A stretch of 64,000 nt of DNA from Phyllobates terribilis (taxonomy: Eukaryota). Under the pieces are notes generated by a model, which worked only from the letters and a program-made list of their open reading frames with translations, was not told the origin of the DNA and did no database searches. Shown here piece by piece: positions 62,301 to 64,000 of this stretch. The translations under genes and the position numbers were made by a program. Where the stretch lies: assembly GCF_046119375.1 (NCBI RefSeq), contig NW_027362764.1:804636001-804700000 (forward strand), given 5' to 3'. How positions within the stretch are numbered: the first letter of the stretch is position 1; each line of letters opens with the position of its first letter.

Positions 62301-64000
62301 CGGGCTGTATTAGATCACTGTACACTGGGCTGTATTAGGTCACTGTACACCGGGCTGTATTAGGTCACTGTACTCGGCTGTATTAGGTCACTGTATACCG
62401 GGCTGTATTAGGTCACTGTACTCAGCTGTATTAGGTCACTGTATACCGGGCTGTATTAGGTCACTGTACTCGGCTGTATTAGGTCACTGTACTCGGCTGT
62501 ATTAGGTCACTGTACACCGGGCTGTATTAGGTCACTGTACACCGGGCTGTATTAGATCACTGTACACTGGGCTGTATTAGGTCACTGTACACCGGTCTGT
62601 ATTAGGTCACTGTACTCGGCTGTATTAGGTCACTGTATACCGGGCTGTATTAGGTCACTGTACTCGGCTGTATTAGGTCACTGTACTCGGCTGTTTTAGA
62701 TCACTGTATACCGGGCTGTATTAGATCACTGTACACCGGGCTGTATTAGTTCACTGTATACCGGGCTGTATTAGTTCACTGTACTCGGCTGTATTAGGTC
62801 ACTGTACACCTGGCTGTATTAGGTCACTGTGCACCTGGCTGTATTAGGTCACTGTGCACCAGGATGTATTAGTTCACTGTACTCCGGGCTGTATTAGGTC
62901 ACTGTACACCGGGCTGTATTAGGTCACTGTACACCGGGCTGTATTAGGTCACTGTACACCGGGCTGTATTAGATCACTGTACACTGGGCTGTATTAGGTC
63001 ACTGTACACCGGTCTGTATTAGGTCACTGTACTCGGCTGTATTAGTTCACTGTATACCGGGCTGTATTAGGTCACTGTACTCGGCTGTATTAGGTCACTG
63101 TATACCGGGCTGTATTAGGACACTGTACTCGGCTGACCGGTCACTGTACTCCGGGCTGTATTAGGTCACTGTATTCGGCTGTATTAGGTCACTGTACACC
63201 GGGCTGTACTAGATCACTGTACTCCGGGCTGTATTAGTTCACTGTACACCGAGCTGTATTAGGTCACTGTACTCGGCTGTATTAGGTCACTGTACACCGG
63301 GCTGTATTAGTTCACTGTATACCGGGCTGTATTATGTCACTGTACACCGGGCTGTATTAGTTCACTGTATACCGGGCTGTATTAGGTCTCTGTGCACCGG
63401 GCTGTATTAGTTCACTGTACACCGGGCTGTATTAGGTCACTGTACACCGGGCTGTATTAGATCACTGTACTCCGGGCTGTATTAGTTCACTGTACACCGG
63501 GCTGTATTAGTTCACTGTACACCGGGCTGTATTAGGTCACTGTACACCGGGCTGTATTAGATCACTGTACACCGGGCTGTATTAGGTCACTGTACACCGG
63601 GCTGTATTAGGTCACTGTACACCTGGCTGTATTAGGTCACTGTACACCTGGCTGTATTAGGTCACTGTACACCTGGCTGTATTAGGTCACTGTACACCGG
63701 GCTGTATTAGGTCACTGTACACCGGGCTGTATTAGGTCACTGTACACCGGGCTGTATTAGGTCACTGTACACCGGGCTGTATTAGGTCACTGTACACCGG
63801 GCTGTATTAGGTCACTGTACACCGGGCTGTATTAGGTCACTGTACACCGGGCTGTATTAGGTCACTGTACACCGGGCTGTATTAGGTCACTGTACACCGG
63901 GCTGTATTAGTTCACTGTACACCTGGCTCTATTAGGTCACTGTGCACCGGGCTGTATTAGGTCTCTGTACACCGGGCTGTATTAGGTCACTGTACACCGG
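56313..64000. repeat. 24-25 bp satellite continuing past the window end
   Basis: Same unit and orientation as 46685-52884. Confidence 0.98.

Overview
Vertebrate genomic DNA, most likely anuran amphibian (inferred from the histone sequences and TE repertoire). Four intact, intronless replication-dependent histone genes lie on the minus strand (H1, H3.2, H4, H2A), each with a 3' stem-loop. No H2B is present. The cluster is broken up by nested transposons: Gypsy LTR elements (one near full-length with both LTRs, PBS, PPT and TSD, plus solo LTRs and fragments), two or three decayed Ac/ZBED-like hAT elements, a Buster-type hAT, Tc1/mariner elements, a TTAA-inserting non-autonomous element and a Penelope-like retroelement. 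Several minisatellites are present, and a 24-25 bp satellite fills most of the last 20 kb. The most unusual observation is a 36-bp tandem array that amplifies the H1 3'-processing region (3' arm of the stem-loop, cleavage site and U7-binding HDE). A second, orphan copy of this array lies where a histone gene appears to have been lost. Other signals are two solo-LTR-like elements inserted in the satellite that each expanded a different VNTR, a PBS-like motif inside a Gypsy LTR, a -1 frameshift signal with a predicted pseudoknot, and a degenerate hammerhead ribozyme in the Penelope element.
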